This document shows positions 29,813 through 38,731 of a stretch of 64,000 bases of DNA, piece by piece. Source of the DNA: an uncultured Gemmatimonadales bacterium (GTDB taxonomy: Bacteria > Gemmatimonadota > Gemmatimonadetes > Gemmatimonadales > GWC2-71-9); NCBI GenBank assembly GCA_963740175.1, contig CAVUDL010000006.1, forward strand, positions 31,067 through 95,066, read 5' to 3'. Made by a program: the position numbers and the translations under genes. Below the pieces are notes generated by a model, which saw nothing but the letters and a program-made list of their open reading frames with translations, did no database searches and was not told where the DNA came from. Within the stretch, counting starts at the first letter, position 1. Each line of letters begins with the position of its first letter.

Positions 29813-31630
29813 TTAGTCAAGGGGGGAGCCGCGGAACCAGCGCGCCGCCGCCCGGGCCCAGTCGGTGACGGGTTCCCGTCCGGGGGCGCCCACCGCGTGG
29901 TTCACCGCTTGGAGGAACTCGGCCGCGGATGGGTACCGCTGGGATACGTCCGCGCTCAGTGCCCGGTCCAGCACCTGCTCCAGGGCCTCGCTGACGTCAT
30001 CCCGCCGGCCGCGGGAGGTGGGAAACTGGTTGGTCGTCTGCTTGGCGAGCACCTGCTCCACCGTGAGCCCGGGAAAGGGAGGGGTGCCGAGGAGGGCGTA
30101 ATAGGCCACCGCGGCAAGGCTGTACAGGTCCGAGCGCTGATCCACCCGTTCTCCCAGCAGCTGCTCGGGGCTGGCAAACTGGGGAGTGCCGCTCTGGCTG
30201 GTCGCACCGCCGTACTTGCCGCGCAGCGCCAGGGCCAGACCGAAGTCGGTAATCTGGACGCTGCCGGTCCGGTCAATCAGCATGTTCTCGGGCTTGATGT
30301 CGCGGTGCACCAGTCCCGAGCCGTGGGCGTGGGCCAGGGCGGAGAGCGCCTCGCGCAACAGCCGGAGCGTCCGGTCCAGCGGCAGCGGGCCGTCGCGCTC
30401 CACCAGCTGTGCCAGGCTGGGCCCGTCGATCAGCTCCATGGTGTACCAGAGCAGTCCTGACCGCCCGCCGATGTCGTAGATATTCACGATGTTCGGGTGT
30501 CTGAGGCCGGCTGCCAGCTGGGCCTCCCGGCGGAAACGCTCGACCACTTCCGGATCTCGCGTAAGGAGTGGCTGCAGTACCTTGAGCGCCACCTCGCGCT
30601 CCAGGTGGAGATCGCGCACCCGGTACACCCGGCCGAACCCGCCGGTCCCCAGCAGCGACAGCAGCTCGTAGTCATCACCCAATGCCCGCCGCAGCCGCTT
30701 CTCCCACCTCGCCTTGTCCTCGGCCTCGGCCAGGGCACCCTGTCCCACGGCCACCGCGGGGGTCTCGAAGGTGCCCGCGTCGCTGGCAAAATCCTCCAGC
30801 ATCTCCACCGCTGTGAGATAGCGGTCATCCTGCGCCGGCTGGAGCGCCCGCATGACGATGCGCTCGACCGCTCGGGGGCAGGCGGGCCGGAGCTCGGTGG
30901 GGCGCCGGATCTTGCTGGGGTCCAGAGGTGGCTCCTGCCCGGTGATGGCGAGGTAGAGCAGGGCGCCGGCGGTGTACACGTCGCTGGTGGGATCTCCCGG
31001 GGCCCCGTCACGCAGCTCCGGCGCCATGAATGCCAAGCCGAGCGGAACCGTGCCGGGCGGGATGGCGGGAAGCATGTAGCTGCAGTATCGCACGTCGGAG
31101 ACAATTCCACGGCCCGACGAACTCAACAACACCGAGGCTGGAACGATGCGTCGAAGGATGATGCCCTGGGTGTGGGCATGCTCGAGCGCACTAAGGAGAT
31201 CGCGGGCCAGAGTGTGCACCATGGGGATTGGGCGGGGCCCCCGCTGGAGAGCGCCCTGAAGTCCCTCCCCGTCGATCCAGTTTCCCACCCGGTACGCGAT
31301 CTCGCCGATCACGCCCGCATCGTAGACGTGGCGGATGGCCGGGTGATCCAGGCGGCCGAGCGCCTCCGCCTCGCGAACGAACCAGGCCCGGGTCGGCTCG
31401 TCGGTGTAGAAGTTCACCCGCAAGCTCACGCGGCGGCGAAGGATCAGATCCTGCGCCTCGAAGAGCACCCGTTCCGGCGACGCCGCCACGGTCCGCTCCA
31501 GGCGGTAGCGCGTGCCGAGCGCGGCGTTGGTGCGCTCGTAGTAGCGGGGCGGCTCCTCGACCGTGCTCAGCGCAGCAACCCGCGCCGTCGCTCGACCGTT
31601 ACTTGCCGGCCACACACGGCCGCGCTGCAC
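29813..31630 (-). CDS. Cytoplasmic Ser/Thr protein kinase with an N-terminal degenerate (pseudo)kinase domain and a C-terminal active kinase domain
   Basis: The C-terminal domain has GTGGFGRVY, VALKV, HRDIKPENM, DFG and SPEQ. The N-terminal domain keeps the fold landmarks (EAEALGRLDHPAI, FMAPE, SDVYTAGALLY) but reads VSLRV for VAxK, ILRRIVPASV for HRDxKPxN and SDVR for DFG. Confidence 0.8.
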   Translation of the reverse strand: MQRGRVWPASNGRATARVAALSTVEEPPRYYERTNAALGTRYRLERTVAASPERVLFEAQDLILRRRVSLRVNFYTDEPTRAWFVREAEALGRLDHPAIRHVYDAGVIGEIAYRVGNWIDGEGLQGALQRGPRPIPMVHTLARDLLSALEHAHTQGIILRRIVPASVLLSSSGRGIVSDVRYCSYMLPAIPPGTVPLGLAFMAPELRDGAPGDPTSDVYTAGALLYLAITGQEPPLDPSKIRRPTELRPACPRAVERIVMRALQPAQDDRYLTAVEMLEDFASDAGTFETPAVAVGQGALAEAEDKARWEKRLRRALGDDYELLSLLGTGGFGRVYRVRDLHLEREVALKVLQPLLTRDPEVVERFRREAQLAAGLRHPNIVNIYDIGGRSGLLWYTMELIDGPSLAQLVERDGPLPLDRTLRLLREALSALAHAHGSGLVHRDIKPENMLIDRTGSVQITDFGLALALRGKYGGATSQSGTPQFASPEQLLGERVDQRSDLYSLAAVAYYALLGTPPFPGLTVEQVLAKQTTNQFPTSRGRRDDVSEALEQVLDRALSADVSQRYPSAAEFLQAVNHAVGAPGREPVTDWARAAARWFRGSPLD

Positions 31631-32115
31631 CAGCGGCGGCCCTGGTTGGGGGTGTCATCGGTGAAGAAGAGGGAGCAACTGAGGCCGGCGCACTGGCGAA
31701 CGACCAGCAGTGGATGGGCCAGGCCCGTGGCTGCGGAGCCGGCGATCGCCTGAAGCAGGGTGGGACGCCGGACCGGTGCGAACCGCAACTGCCATTCACC
31801 GCTGACGCGGGTGAGCTGATGGTGCCCACCGTTCCGCGCCAGTTGCTCGTTGATGGCGGTGATTGCTCCAGCTGGTGGCTGCAGCTGCGCATGGAGCGCC
31901 TCAGCCAGCGCGGTCAGACGTTCGCGAAAGAGCAGCGCCTCATCCAGGCAGGGCTCGTCTTCCGGAAACCAGTCCATGCACTGCGTCCGGGCCCAGCGCT
32001 CCAGCGCAGCCGGGTTCGGGAGCCGGTCCGCAGGCTCAGGCTCTCGGCCCCGGGCCGTATTGACGAAGTCCAGCCAGACCGCGTCGCCCAGCAGGGTGAA
32101 TTCAGATTGCAGCAT
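31567..32115 (-). CDS. CGNR zinc-finger / ABATE-domain protein
   Basis: LDFVNT near the N-terminus and the C-terminal CAGLSCSLFFTDDTPNQGRRWCSAAVCGRQ (CGNR-type zinc finger). It overlaps the annotated kinase start by about 64 nt. Confidence 0.7.
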   Translation of the reverse strand: MLQSEFTLLGDAVWLDFVNTARGREPEPADRLPNPAALERWARTQCMDWFPEDEPCLDEALLFRERLTALAEALHAQLQPPAGAITAINEQLARNGGHHQLTRVSGEWQLRFAPVRRPTLLQAIAGSAATGLAHPLLVVRQCAGLSCSLFFTDDTPNQGRRWCSAAVCGRQVTVERRRGLLR

Positions 32116-32121
32116 CGCTCC

Positions 32122-33457
32122 CTAGTTCTCCGCCACTTCGACCGTGTTCCGTCCCCCGCGCTTGGCCCGGTACAAGGCGTTGTCTGCCGCGGCAAGGACG
32201 CTGCTGACGGTGGTCCCGTGCTGGGGTGATTCGGCGATTCCCATGCTCAGAGTGCACGCGCCGAACTCGGGATTGGTCTTCTCGATCTCACGCAGGCTGG
32301 ATTGAACCCGGGCCACGAACACCCGGGCCTCGACCGGCCTGGTCATCGGGAGGATCACAAGGAACTCGTCGCCGCCCAGACGCCCGACCACGTCGAGGGC
32401 CCGACACTGCCTCCGCAGCACACTGCCCACCTGGACCAGCAGGCGGTCGCCGGCGGCGTGTCCCATGGTGTCGTTGACGATCTTGAAGCGATCGAGATCC
32501 AGCAGCAGGACGCTGGTGTGAAGCTGATGCCGGAGGCTTCGGGAGATCTCCGCCGCGAGCCGTTCCTCCAGCGCTCGGCGGTTGAGCAGCCCGGTCAGCT
32601 CGTCAGTGGTAGCCGCGCTGTGCAGCTGTTCCACCAGCTCGGAGTTCTTGAGCGCGATAGCGGCCGCGAACGAGAGCGTGCCCGCCAGCTCGGACTCGGC
32701 CCGGCCATAGAGCTTATCGCTGATGCGGGAGCCGAGCACCAGCACGGCCATCCGCTCCGCGCCCGCATCCAGCGGCACCACCAACTCGGCGCCGGGGCCC
32801 ACCAGGTGCGCGAGGCGGCTGTCGTCGGCGCCAGCCGCCGCGGCTTCCCGGCGGCAGCGCTTCGTTCAGGGCAGCGCGATCGATCGGCGCGGGGCGAAGC
32901 CGGTCATTCAAGGATCGAAATACGCTGGGCGTGTAGCTGTTCCCTTCCGGCCGGTACAGGCAGGCCCACCAGGCAAAGAACACCTCGGCCATGAAGTCCA
33001 GGATCAGCTGCTCGGTTTCCTCGGTGGAATGAACCGAGGAGAGAAGGCGGGCGACCTGGCGAAGTGCCCGAAGCTGGAACACCGCGTCGTCGAGCGCCGC
33101 CTGCCGCTCCAGGAGGATGCTGCGAAGTTCGAGGACGACACTGAGCCCGAGCGCCAGCGACATCGCCACCGGACGCATCTCCCCGGCCACGGCCGGGTCC
33201 GCGCTGATCACGATCTCGGTCTCGCCACTGGCGAGTCGCGCTATCTCCACGGCGCCTTCGATGCCGGAAGCCGGGCCGACCCGGGGCAGGGCTTCGGCCG
33301 GGGAGACCAGGTCCAACCATATCCGCTCGCTCTGGAAGCGCCGAACCAGCGCTACCCGGCAGCGCTCGAACAGCTCTCCATCGGTACGGGAGAGCCGGCA
33401 CGCGGCGGCGAAGGCACTTGGTAGGGTGGCTAAAGATGGGTAAGGGGTTAAACCCAT
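32122..33457 (-). CDS. GAF-GGDEF diguanylate cyclase; one or two apparent frameshifts near 32800-32870
   Basis: The C-terminal ORF 32122..32802 has DELTGLLNRRAL and RLGGDEFLVIL. The N-terminal ORF 32714..33457 continues as GAF-like (...ELVVPLDAGAERMAVLVLGSR). Confidence 0.8.
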
Positions 33458-33614
33458 GGCCTATAATACCAGCACGACCGGCCGGTTGGGAGCCGGGGAA
33501 CATTGCGCGGACGCGCCGGTTGCGTTATCTTCAGGTCAGCTAAAGATAAGGACATAGCCCTTTGGGGCCCCAGGGATTTCGGCTTTGCAGCCTGGGTGAC
33601 AAAAACTGCTAAGG

Positions 33615-35156
33615 CTACCTGGTCCCGGCGAGCATATAGCTCAGCCGGGATTTTGCGTTTCCCACCCGGACCACCCGGGAGCTCTTGGGGGCCTCAATCC
33701 GGCCCTGCAATGATACGGTGATGTACCGGATGAGCAGATCCGCGGCCCGTGGCGCCGATTCTCGTCCGGCGCACGCGGCCGCTGCCTCCGGCAGGTCGTA
33801 GCCGTCTCCCTTGTCACAGGCGGAGTAGGCACCCATAGCCACCTGCACCGTGTCGTCGGGGCCCACCACCCCACCCCCGACCCGGCGGATATCACCCTGC
33901 AGCTTTCTTCCCCTCGGCTTGGACGCATCGTACTTGAGCTCGACGCCGGAGACCTGGAGGAAACCTCCGGTTCCCAGCACCCCACTCGAGACACTGTGCT
34001 CCAGGACCTGTCGAAGCCTGGAGCCGGTGATGGGGAACGTGACGATCCGGCTCTGGTCCGGAAATGTGAAGATGGCCTCGATGTGATGATTGGTTACCGG
34101 CCCCGCAGGGATCACCTGGTCGAGGCGAAGGGTTCCAGAGTTGAGCAGCGCAACGTCCGCACCGGTCCCGATGCGCATGGCATCGCTCACCAGGTCGCCC
34201 AGCATCGACTCCCGCCGACGGGAGAGGCTGGTCGCCGGGTCAATGGGGACATCCGTCTTACCCACGGTCTGCACCGGTCCCAGCCGCTGCGTGAGACTGT
34301 CGTTCCATGCCTTCACCACCCGAGCCACAGCCGTGTCGGCTGGTAGCCCGGCATCGATGGGGACCAGCCCCACGGCCTGACGCCAACTTCCCTTTCCTCC
34401 CCAGAGCGTCACGAACTGCGCGGTCGCCGCATTCGCGTCGGCCTTCACCACATGCCGGCCGGAGACGGTGGAGTCGAGGGCCTCGTGCTCGTGGCCGCCC
34501 AATATCAGGTCGATGCGCGGCTCCCGGACCAGCAGGTCTCGGTCAGCCTGCACGGTCTGGTGGGTCAGGCCGACAATGAGGTCGGCGCCCTCCGCGGTGA
34601 GGGCCTGCACCGCGCGCTCGGCCGCGCTGTCGGGGTCACCACAGCGGACCTCGGGCCGATAGCGACCCTCAAGGGTGAGGCCGAAGAGACCGACCTTGTG
34701 GCCCGAGACCCGAAGGGTATCCCACGACAGCACCTTCGGGATGGGTGACCCGTTGGCTAGAGTGCAGTTACTCGATACCCAGGTGAACTGCGAGGCGGCG
34801 ATGCGCGCGGCCAGGGTATCGATATCGACGTCGAAATCGTGATTGCCGAAGGTAGCGTAGTCAAGCTCGGCTGCGTTGAATGCGTCGACCATCTGGCGCC
34901 CGCTGTAAAACTTGCTCAGCACGCTCGGACTGAGGAAATCGCCCGCCAGGACGAACACGGTGGGGCCCTGGTCTGCCAGCCGCTTGCGAACCGTGGCAAC
35001 CCGTGCCAGACCGCCTCCTGCTCCCCCCGCGGTGTCGGCCACGTAGACATCGTTGACGAGGAGGAACCGGACCGGCCGCAGCGGAACCGGCGGCGGCGCG
35101 CTCCCCATGCAGGCGGCGATACCGGACAGCAGCACCAGGGCCAGCAGGCGCATCAC
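33615..35156 (-). CDS. Bifunctional metallophosphatase / 5'-nucleotidase (UshA-like), secreted
   Basis: Signal peptide MMRLLALVLLSGIAAC. Metallophosphoesterase motifs are present (NDVY, GDFLSPS, GNHDFD, GGHEHE), followed by a C-terminal 5'-nucleotidase domain. Confidence 0.8.
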   Translation of the reverse strand: MMRLLALVLLSGIAACMGSAPPPVPLRPVRFLLVNDVYVADTAGGAGGGLARVATVRKRLADQGPTVFVLAGDFLSPSVLSKFYSGRQMVDAFNAAELDYATFGNHDFDVDIDTLAARIAASQFTWVSSNCTLANGSPIPKVLSWDTLRVSGHKVGLFGLTLEGRYRPEVRCGDPDSAAERAVQALTAEGADLIVGLTHQTVQADRDLLVREPRIDLILGGHEHEALDSTVSGRHVVKADANAATAQFVTLWGGKGSWRQAVGLVPIDAGLPADTAVARVVKAWNDSLTQRLGPVQTVGKTDVPIDPATSLSRRRESMLGDLVSDAMRIGTGADVALLNSGTLRLDQVIPAGPVTNHHIEAIFTFPDQSRIVTFPITGSRLRQVLEHSVSSGVLGTGGFLQVSGVELKYDASKPRGRKLQGDIRRVGGGVVGPDDTVQVAMGAYSACDKGDGYDLPEAAAACAGRESAPRAADLLIRYITVSLQGRIEAPKSSRVVRVGNAKSRLSYMLAGTR

Positions 35157-35770
35157 AGGTCCTCTTCTCTCTGGCGCAGGCTCCGCACCAGGTCGGCGCT
35201 CAGCAGCCGCAGCTCCGTCAGCATATCCCGCTGGGGCCAGTCAGATCGGGTCGCCAGGATCTCCAGCATCGAGCGGTACCACCAGATGGTCTGGGCCGAC
35301 CCTGCGCGGGACACGGCCCGCAGATACTCCACGCCGAGCCGCCGCAAGGCGGTCATGGTGGATCCGCAGGAGTGAATTTCGTCCGCGACGCAGATGTCGA
35401 GCGCGCGTGGCTCGGCGATGGCCAGTTGGGTCAGATACTCCTGCTTTCGTGCCTGCCAGGCCCGCTCGCTGCCACGCCGGTCGAACTTGGGTTCCAGCGC
35501 ATCCTTGGCGATGGCCAGGGCCACCGGTCCAAACTTGTCCCCGATTTTGCGCTCCAGAACTGGATGTTTGTCGGGGGTGGCTTCCTCCAGCACGTGGTGG
35601 AGAATCCCCCCCACGATCGTGATCTGATCGCAGCCATAGCGGGACAGGATCACGGCGACGTTGGCGGGATGCGCCATGTAGTCCATCCCGGATCCAGCCG
35701 GGGCGACCGCGCCGTAGTACTTGGCGGCGAAGGCGAACGCGTGGTTTATGCGGTCGGAGTAGCCGTGCAT
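35153..35770 (-). CDS. HD-superfamily protein (RelA/SpoT-type HD_4-like), variant metal motif
   Basis: AHPANVAVILSRYGCDQITIVGGILHHVLEE aligns to the H...HD...ED pattern, but with HH and EE at the dyads. Its stop overlaps the nucleotidase start by 4 nt. Confidence 0.55.
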   Translation of the reverse strand: MHGYSDRINHAFAFAAKYYGAVAPAGSGMDYMAHPANVAVILSRYGCDQITIVGGILHHVLEEATPDKHPVLERKIGDKFGPVALAIAKDALEPKFDRRGSERAWQARKQEYLTQLAIAEPRALDICVADEIHSCGSTMTALRRLGVEYLRAVSRAGSAQTIWWYRSMLEILATRSDWPQRDMLTELRLLSADLVRSLRQREEDL

Positions 35771-35791
35771 GCTCAGGGGGCAGAATGGTCT

Positions 35792-35887
35792 GCGGGGCAG
35801 CGGGGCAGTAGGACGAATCGGGTTGGCGCCACGGAACGTACCGGTGTGCTGTGGCTGCCGCGCCGCCCCGCGGCCCCGCTGCCCCGC
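35792..35887. repeat. Inverted octamer arrays (GGGGCAGC / GCTGCCCC type) between queE and the HD gene
   Basis: gcggggcagcggggcag at 35792-35808 and gctgccgcgccgccccgcggccccgctgccccgc at 35854-35887. The latter ends on the base before the queE stop (35888-35890). Confidence 0.9.
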
Positions 35888-36523
35888 TTACGGAATGCCG
35901 AGAAGCTTATGCGTCTGAAGGCTCAGCCGCCAGCGCGGATGCGCCAGGCAGTAGCGCAGGGCGGCATCGGTATTGGCCTGCCGCTCCGCTCCATCCATCG
36001 GCTGAAGGAAGAAGTTTCGAAACGGCAGGCGCTCGAAGAGCTCCGGCTCGGCGCCGGCCTGGGGAAATACCAGCTTGATCTCGTCTCCGGTTCGGACCAC
36101 CAGCTCCGAGCCGGCCTTTGGACTCACGCAGAGCCAGTCGATGCCGGGCGGGACCGGAAGGGTTCCGTTGGTCTCGACCGCGACCTCGAACCCCGCCCCG
36201 TGCAGGTCCCTCAGAAGCGGGGCATCCAGCTGGAGGAGCGGCTCGCCGCCGGTGCACACCACGAAGCGCTTTCCCTGATCCTCGGCCGGCCAGGTCGACG
36301 CGACCGCGGCCGCGAGCGCTTCGGGGCTGGTGAAGCTTCCCCCGCCGGGGCCGTTGGTGCCGACGAAGTCGGTGTCGCAGAACTGGCAAATGGCGTTGGC
36401 CCGGCTGTGCTCCCGACCGTTCCACAGGTTACAGCCGGCGAAACGGCAGAACACCGCGGCCCGGCCGGTATTTGCGCCTTCTCCCTGGAGGGTGTAGAAG
36501 ATCTCCTTGATGGCGTATGTCAT
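35888..36523 (-). CDS. queE: 7-carboxy-7-deazaguanine synthase (radical SAM)
   Basis: MTYAIKEIFYTLQGEGANTGRAAVFCRFAGCNLWNG...CQFCDTDF. The start is taken at the internal Met (36523) of ORF 35888..36625. Confidence 0.85.
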   Translation of the reverse strand: MTYAIKEIFYTLQGEGANTGRAAVFCRFAGCNLWNGREHSRANAICQFCDTDFVGTNGPGGGSFTSPEALAAAVASTWPAEDQGKRFVVCTGGEPLLQLDAPLLRDLHGAGFEVAVETNGTLPVPPGIDWLCVSPKAGSELVVRTGDEIKLVFPQAGAEPELFERLPFRNFFLQPMDGAERQANTDAALRYCLAHPRWRLSLQTHKLLGIP

Positions 36524-36540
36524 GAGAGGCGTTCCCTCCC

Positions 36541-37242
36541 TCACCGGCTCACTGTCTGATACCGCGCGGGGTCGTTCATGCCCAGCTCCTGAAATCCCTT
36601 CAGCCGCAGCAGACAGGCCTCGCACCGGCCGCAGGCCAACCCCTCTGGAGATGGGTCATAGCAGGTGAGCGTCATCCCATAGTCCACGCCGAGCGCCAGC
36701 CCCCGCTCGATGATCTCACGTTTGGAAAGCGAGATCAGCGGGGTGTGAATGGTGAGCCGGCGGCCTTGCTCCACCCCGGCGCGGGTGGCCAGGTTGGCCA
36801 TCGCCTGGAAGGCCGCGATGTATTCCGGCCTGCAGTCGGGATATCCGCTGTAGTCGAGCGCGTTGGCGCCCAGAAAGATGTCGGACGCGGAGAGTACTTC
36901 GGCCCAGGCCAGGGCGAACGACAGAAAGATGGTGTTGCGGGCGGGCACATAGGTTACCGGAATCCGGGCGCCAATCTGGTCCATTGGCGTGTCCTTCGGC
37001 ACCGCGATGTCGCTGGTGAGCGCGGAGCCGCCGAACGATTTCAGGTCAATATCGAGCACGATGTGGCGGCTGATGGCGAGCCGGCCTGCGACCCTGCGGG
37101 CGGCATCGAGCTCAGACTGATGCCGCTGCCCATACCGGAAGGTGAGGGCGTGGGCGTCGAAACCCTGCTCCACTACGATGGCCGCCGTGGTGGTCGAGTC
37201 TATGCCGCCGCTCAGCAGGACGACGGCCTTGGGTGCGCTCAT
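36541..37242 (-). CDS. queC: 7-cyano-7-deazaguanine synthase
   Basis: [14 protein letters not shown] (PP-loop) and a C-terminal Cys cluster [20 protein letters not shown]. Confidence 0.9.
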   Translation of the reverse strand: MSAPKAVVLLSGGIDSTTTAAIVVEQGFDAHALTFRYGQRHQSELDAARRVAGRLAISRHIVLDIDLKSFGGSALTSDIAVPKDTPMDQIGARIPVTYVPARNTIFLSFALAWAEVLSASDIFLGANALDYSGYPDCRPEYIAAFQAMANLATRAGVEQGRRLTIHTPLISLSKREIIERGLALGVDYGMTLTCYDPSPEGLACGRCEACLLRLKGFQELGMNDPARYQTVSR

Positions 37243-37257
37243 GCGGGGAAAGCTAGC

Positions 37258-38187
37258 TCAGCGCTTCTCCTGGAGCACGTGACGCAACGCCGATTCCAGA
37301 TCGGGGTGGGCGAAGCGGAATCCGCTGGCAACGAGCCGCTGTGGCGCCACCCGTGTGCTGGCGAGCAGGGTGCCGTCCGCCATCTGTCCGAAGGCCAGGC
37401 GGAGTGCCGCGGCTGGAACCGGGAACAGCGTGGGGCGAGAGAGTGTCTCGCCCAGGATGCGGGTGAAATCACGGTTGCGAACCGGGGTTGGAGCCGTGAC
37501 GTTCACCGGCCCGTCCAGGGTCTCCCTCGTGAGCAGGTGGGTGATGGCACTGACCGCGTCATCGAGCGCGATCCAGCTCATCCATTGCGTTCCGTTTCCC
37601 AGCCGTCCACCCAGCCCCAGCCGGAAAGGCAACAGCATCTTTTTCAGGGCGCCACCCTCCCGGCTCAGGACCAGGCCGAAACGCGGGTGCACCACCCGGA
37701 TTCCGGCCGCCCGGGCCGGCTCGGCGGCAGCTTCCCATTCCTGTCCCACGGAGGCGAGGAAGTCCCCCTTCGGATCGCCGAGGGAGCTGTTCTCGTTGAG
37801 CACCTCGTCGCCCCGATCGCCGTAGATGCCGCTCGCGGAGGCCGACACCAGCACGGCTGGGCGGGCGCGCAAACGGCCCAGCGCGGTGCTGAGCAGGCCC
37901 GTGCCCCGAACCCGGCTGTTCCGGATGCGTGCCTTCCTCGCTGCCGTCCAGCGCACACCTACGGTCTCGCCGGCGAGATGTACCACCGCGTCCACGCCTT
38001 CCAGGTCAGCCGGATCGAGGGTGCCGGATTCCGGATCCCACCGGATCTCCCCGGCCCGGGCCGTCCGCCTTACCAGAGCGCTGACCCGGTGTCCCTCGCC
38101 GTTCAGGCGCCGCGTCAGTGCGGAGCCAATCAGGCCGCTGGCGCCGCTCAGTACAATGTGTAGCCTGTCAGACTCTGAGCTCGGCAC
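37258..38187 (-). CDS. TIGR01777/YfcH-type epimerase-family protein (SDR fold plus DUF1731)
   Basis: IVLSGASGLIGSALTRRL Rossmann motif, about 300 aa, with a typical C-terminal FRFAHPDLESAL. Confidence 0.75.
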   Translation of the reverse strand: MPSSESDRLHIVLSGASGLIGSALTRRLNGEGHRVSALVRRTARAGEIRWDPESGTLDPADLEGVDAVVHLAGETVGVRWTAARKARIRNSRVRGTGLLSTALGRLRARPAVLVSASASGIYGDRGDEVLNENSSLGDPKGDFLASVGQEWEAAAEPARAAGIRVVHPRFGLVLSREGGALKKMLLPFRLGLGGRLGNGTQWMSWIALDDAVSAITHLLTRETLDGPVNVTAPTPVRNRDFTRILGETLSRPTLFPVPAAALRLAFGQMADGTLLASTRVAPQRLVASGFRFAHPDLESALRHVLQEKR

Positions 38188-38230
38188 GCAACCTCACGAC
38201 GATGAAAAAGCAACAGCAATACTTTTCAGC

Positions 38231-38731
38231 ATGCATGCTTGCTTCACGACTCTGATTCTCACGTTTTCCGTTCAGGCTTGTGCGGCCTCCCAGCAGCCGA
38301 TGGCGGACTGCCAGGTTCAACGGGTCTCGGACGGCGACAGCTTCCGGTGCCTGGATGGGTCGAGAGTGCGCCTGATCGGCGTGGACAGTCCCGAGCGGCA
38401 GCAGCACCCTTTCGGCCAGCAGGCCCAGCAGGCGCTCCTTGAAATAATGCCGGCAGGAGCCGCGGTGAGACTGGAGCCCGACGTCGCGCCGACCGATCGC
38501 TACGGCCGAGTGTTGGCTCATGTATGGGTAGGCTCCACCCTGGTCAACGAAGCGATGGTACAGGGAGGCTGGGCCGTGTTGTATACCGTTCCGCCCAACG
38601 TCAAGTATGCCGACCGCCTGGAGCGGGCGCAAAAAGAGGCCCGCGCGCGGGGCGCGGGCCTCTGGGCGGGCCGGGCGTTCGCCTGCTTGCCGGCGGAATT
38701 CCGCCGCGGGAAATGCGTCAGCTTACCTTGA
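38231..38731 (+). CDS. Thermonuclease (SNase-like) family protein, secreted
   Basis: Signal peptide MHACFTTLILTFSVQACAA, then VSDGDSFRC...VRLIGVDSPE...DRYGRVLAHVW...EARARGAGLW. The ATG at 38231 lies inside ORF 37826..38731. Confidence 0.75.
   Translation: MHACFTTLILTFSVQACAASQQPMADCQVQRVSDGDSFRCLDGSRVRLIGVDSPERQQHPFGQQAQQALLEIMPAGAAVRLEPDVAPTDRYGRVLAHVWVGSTLVNEAMVQGGWAVLYTVPPNVKYADRLERAQKEARARGAGLWAGRAFACLPAEFRRGKCVSLP

Noticed and set aside
35888-37242. queC/queE (plus queF at 52331) as part of a 7-deazaguanine DNA-modification (Dpd-like) defence island
   Set aside because: There is no DpdA/TGT-like transglycosylase, helicase, ParB-like or other Dpd component nearby. The neighbours are ordinary metabolic genes, so this is most simply housekeeping queuosine precursor synthesis.
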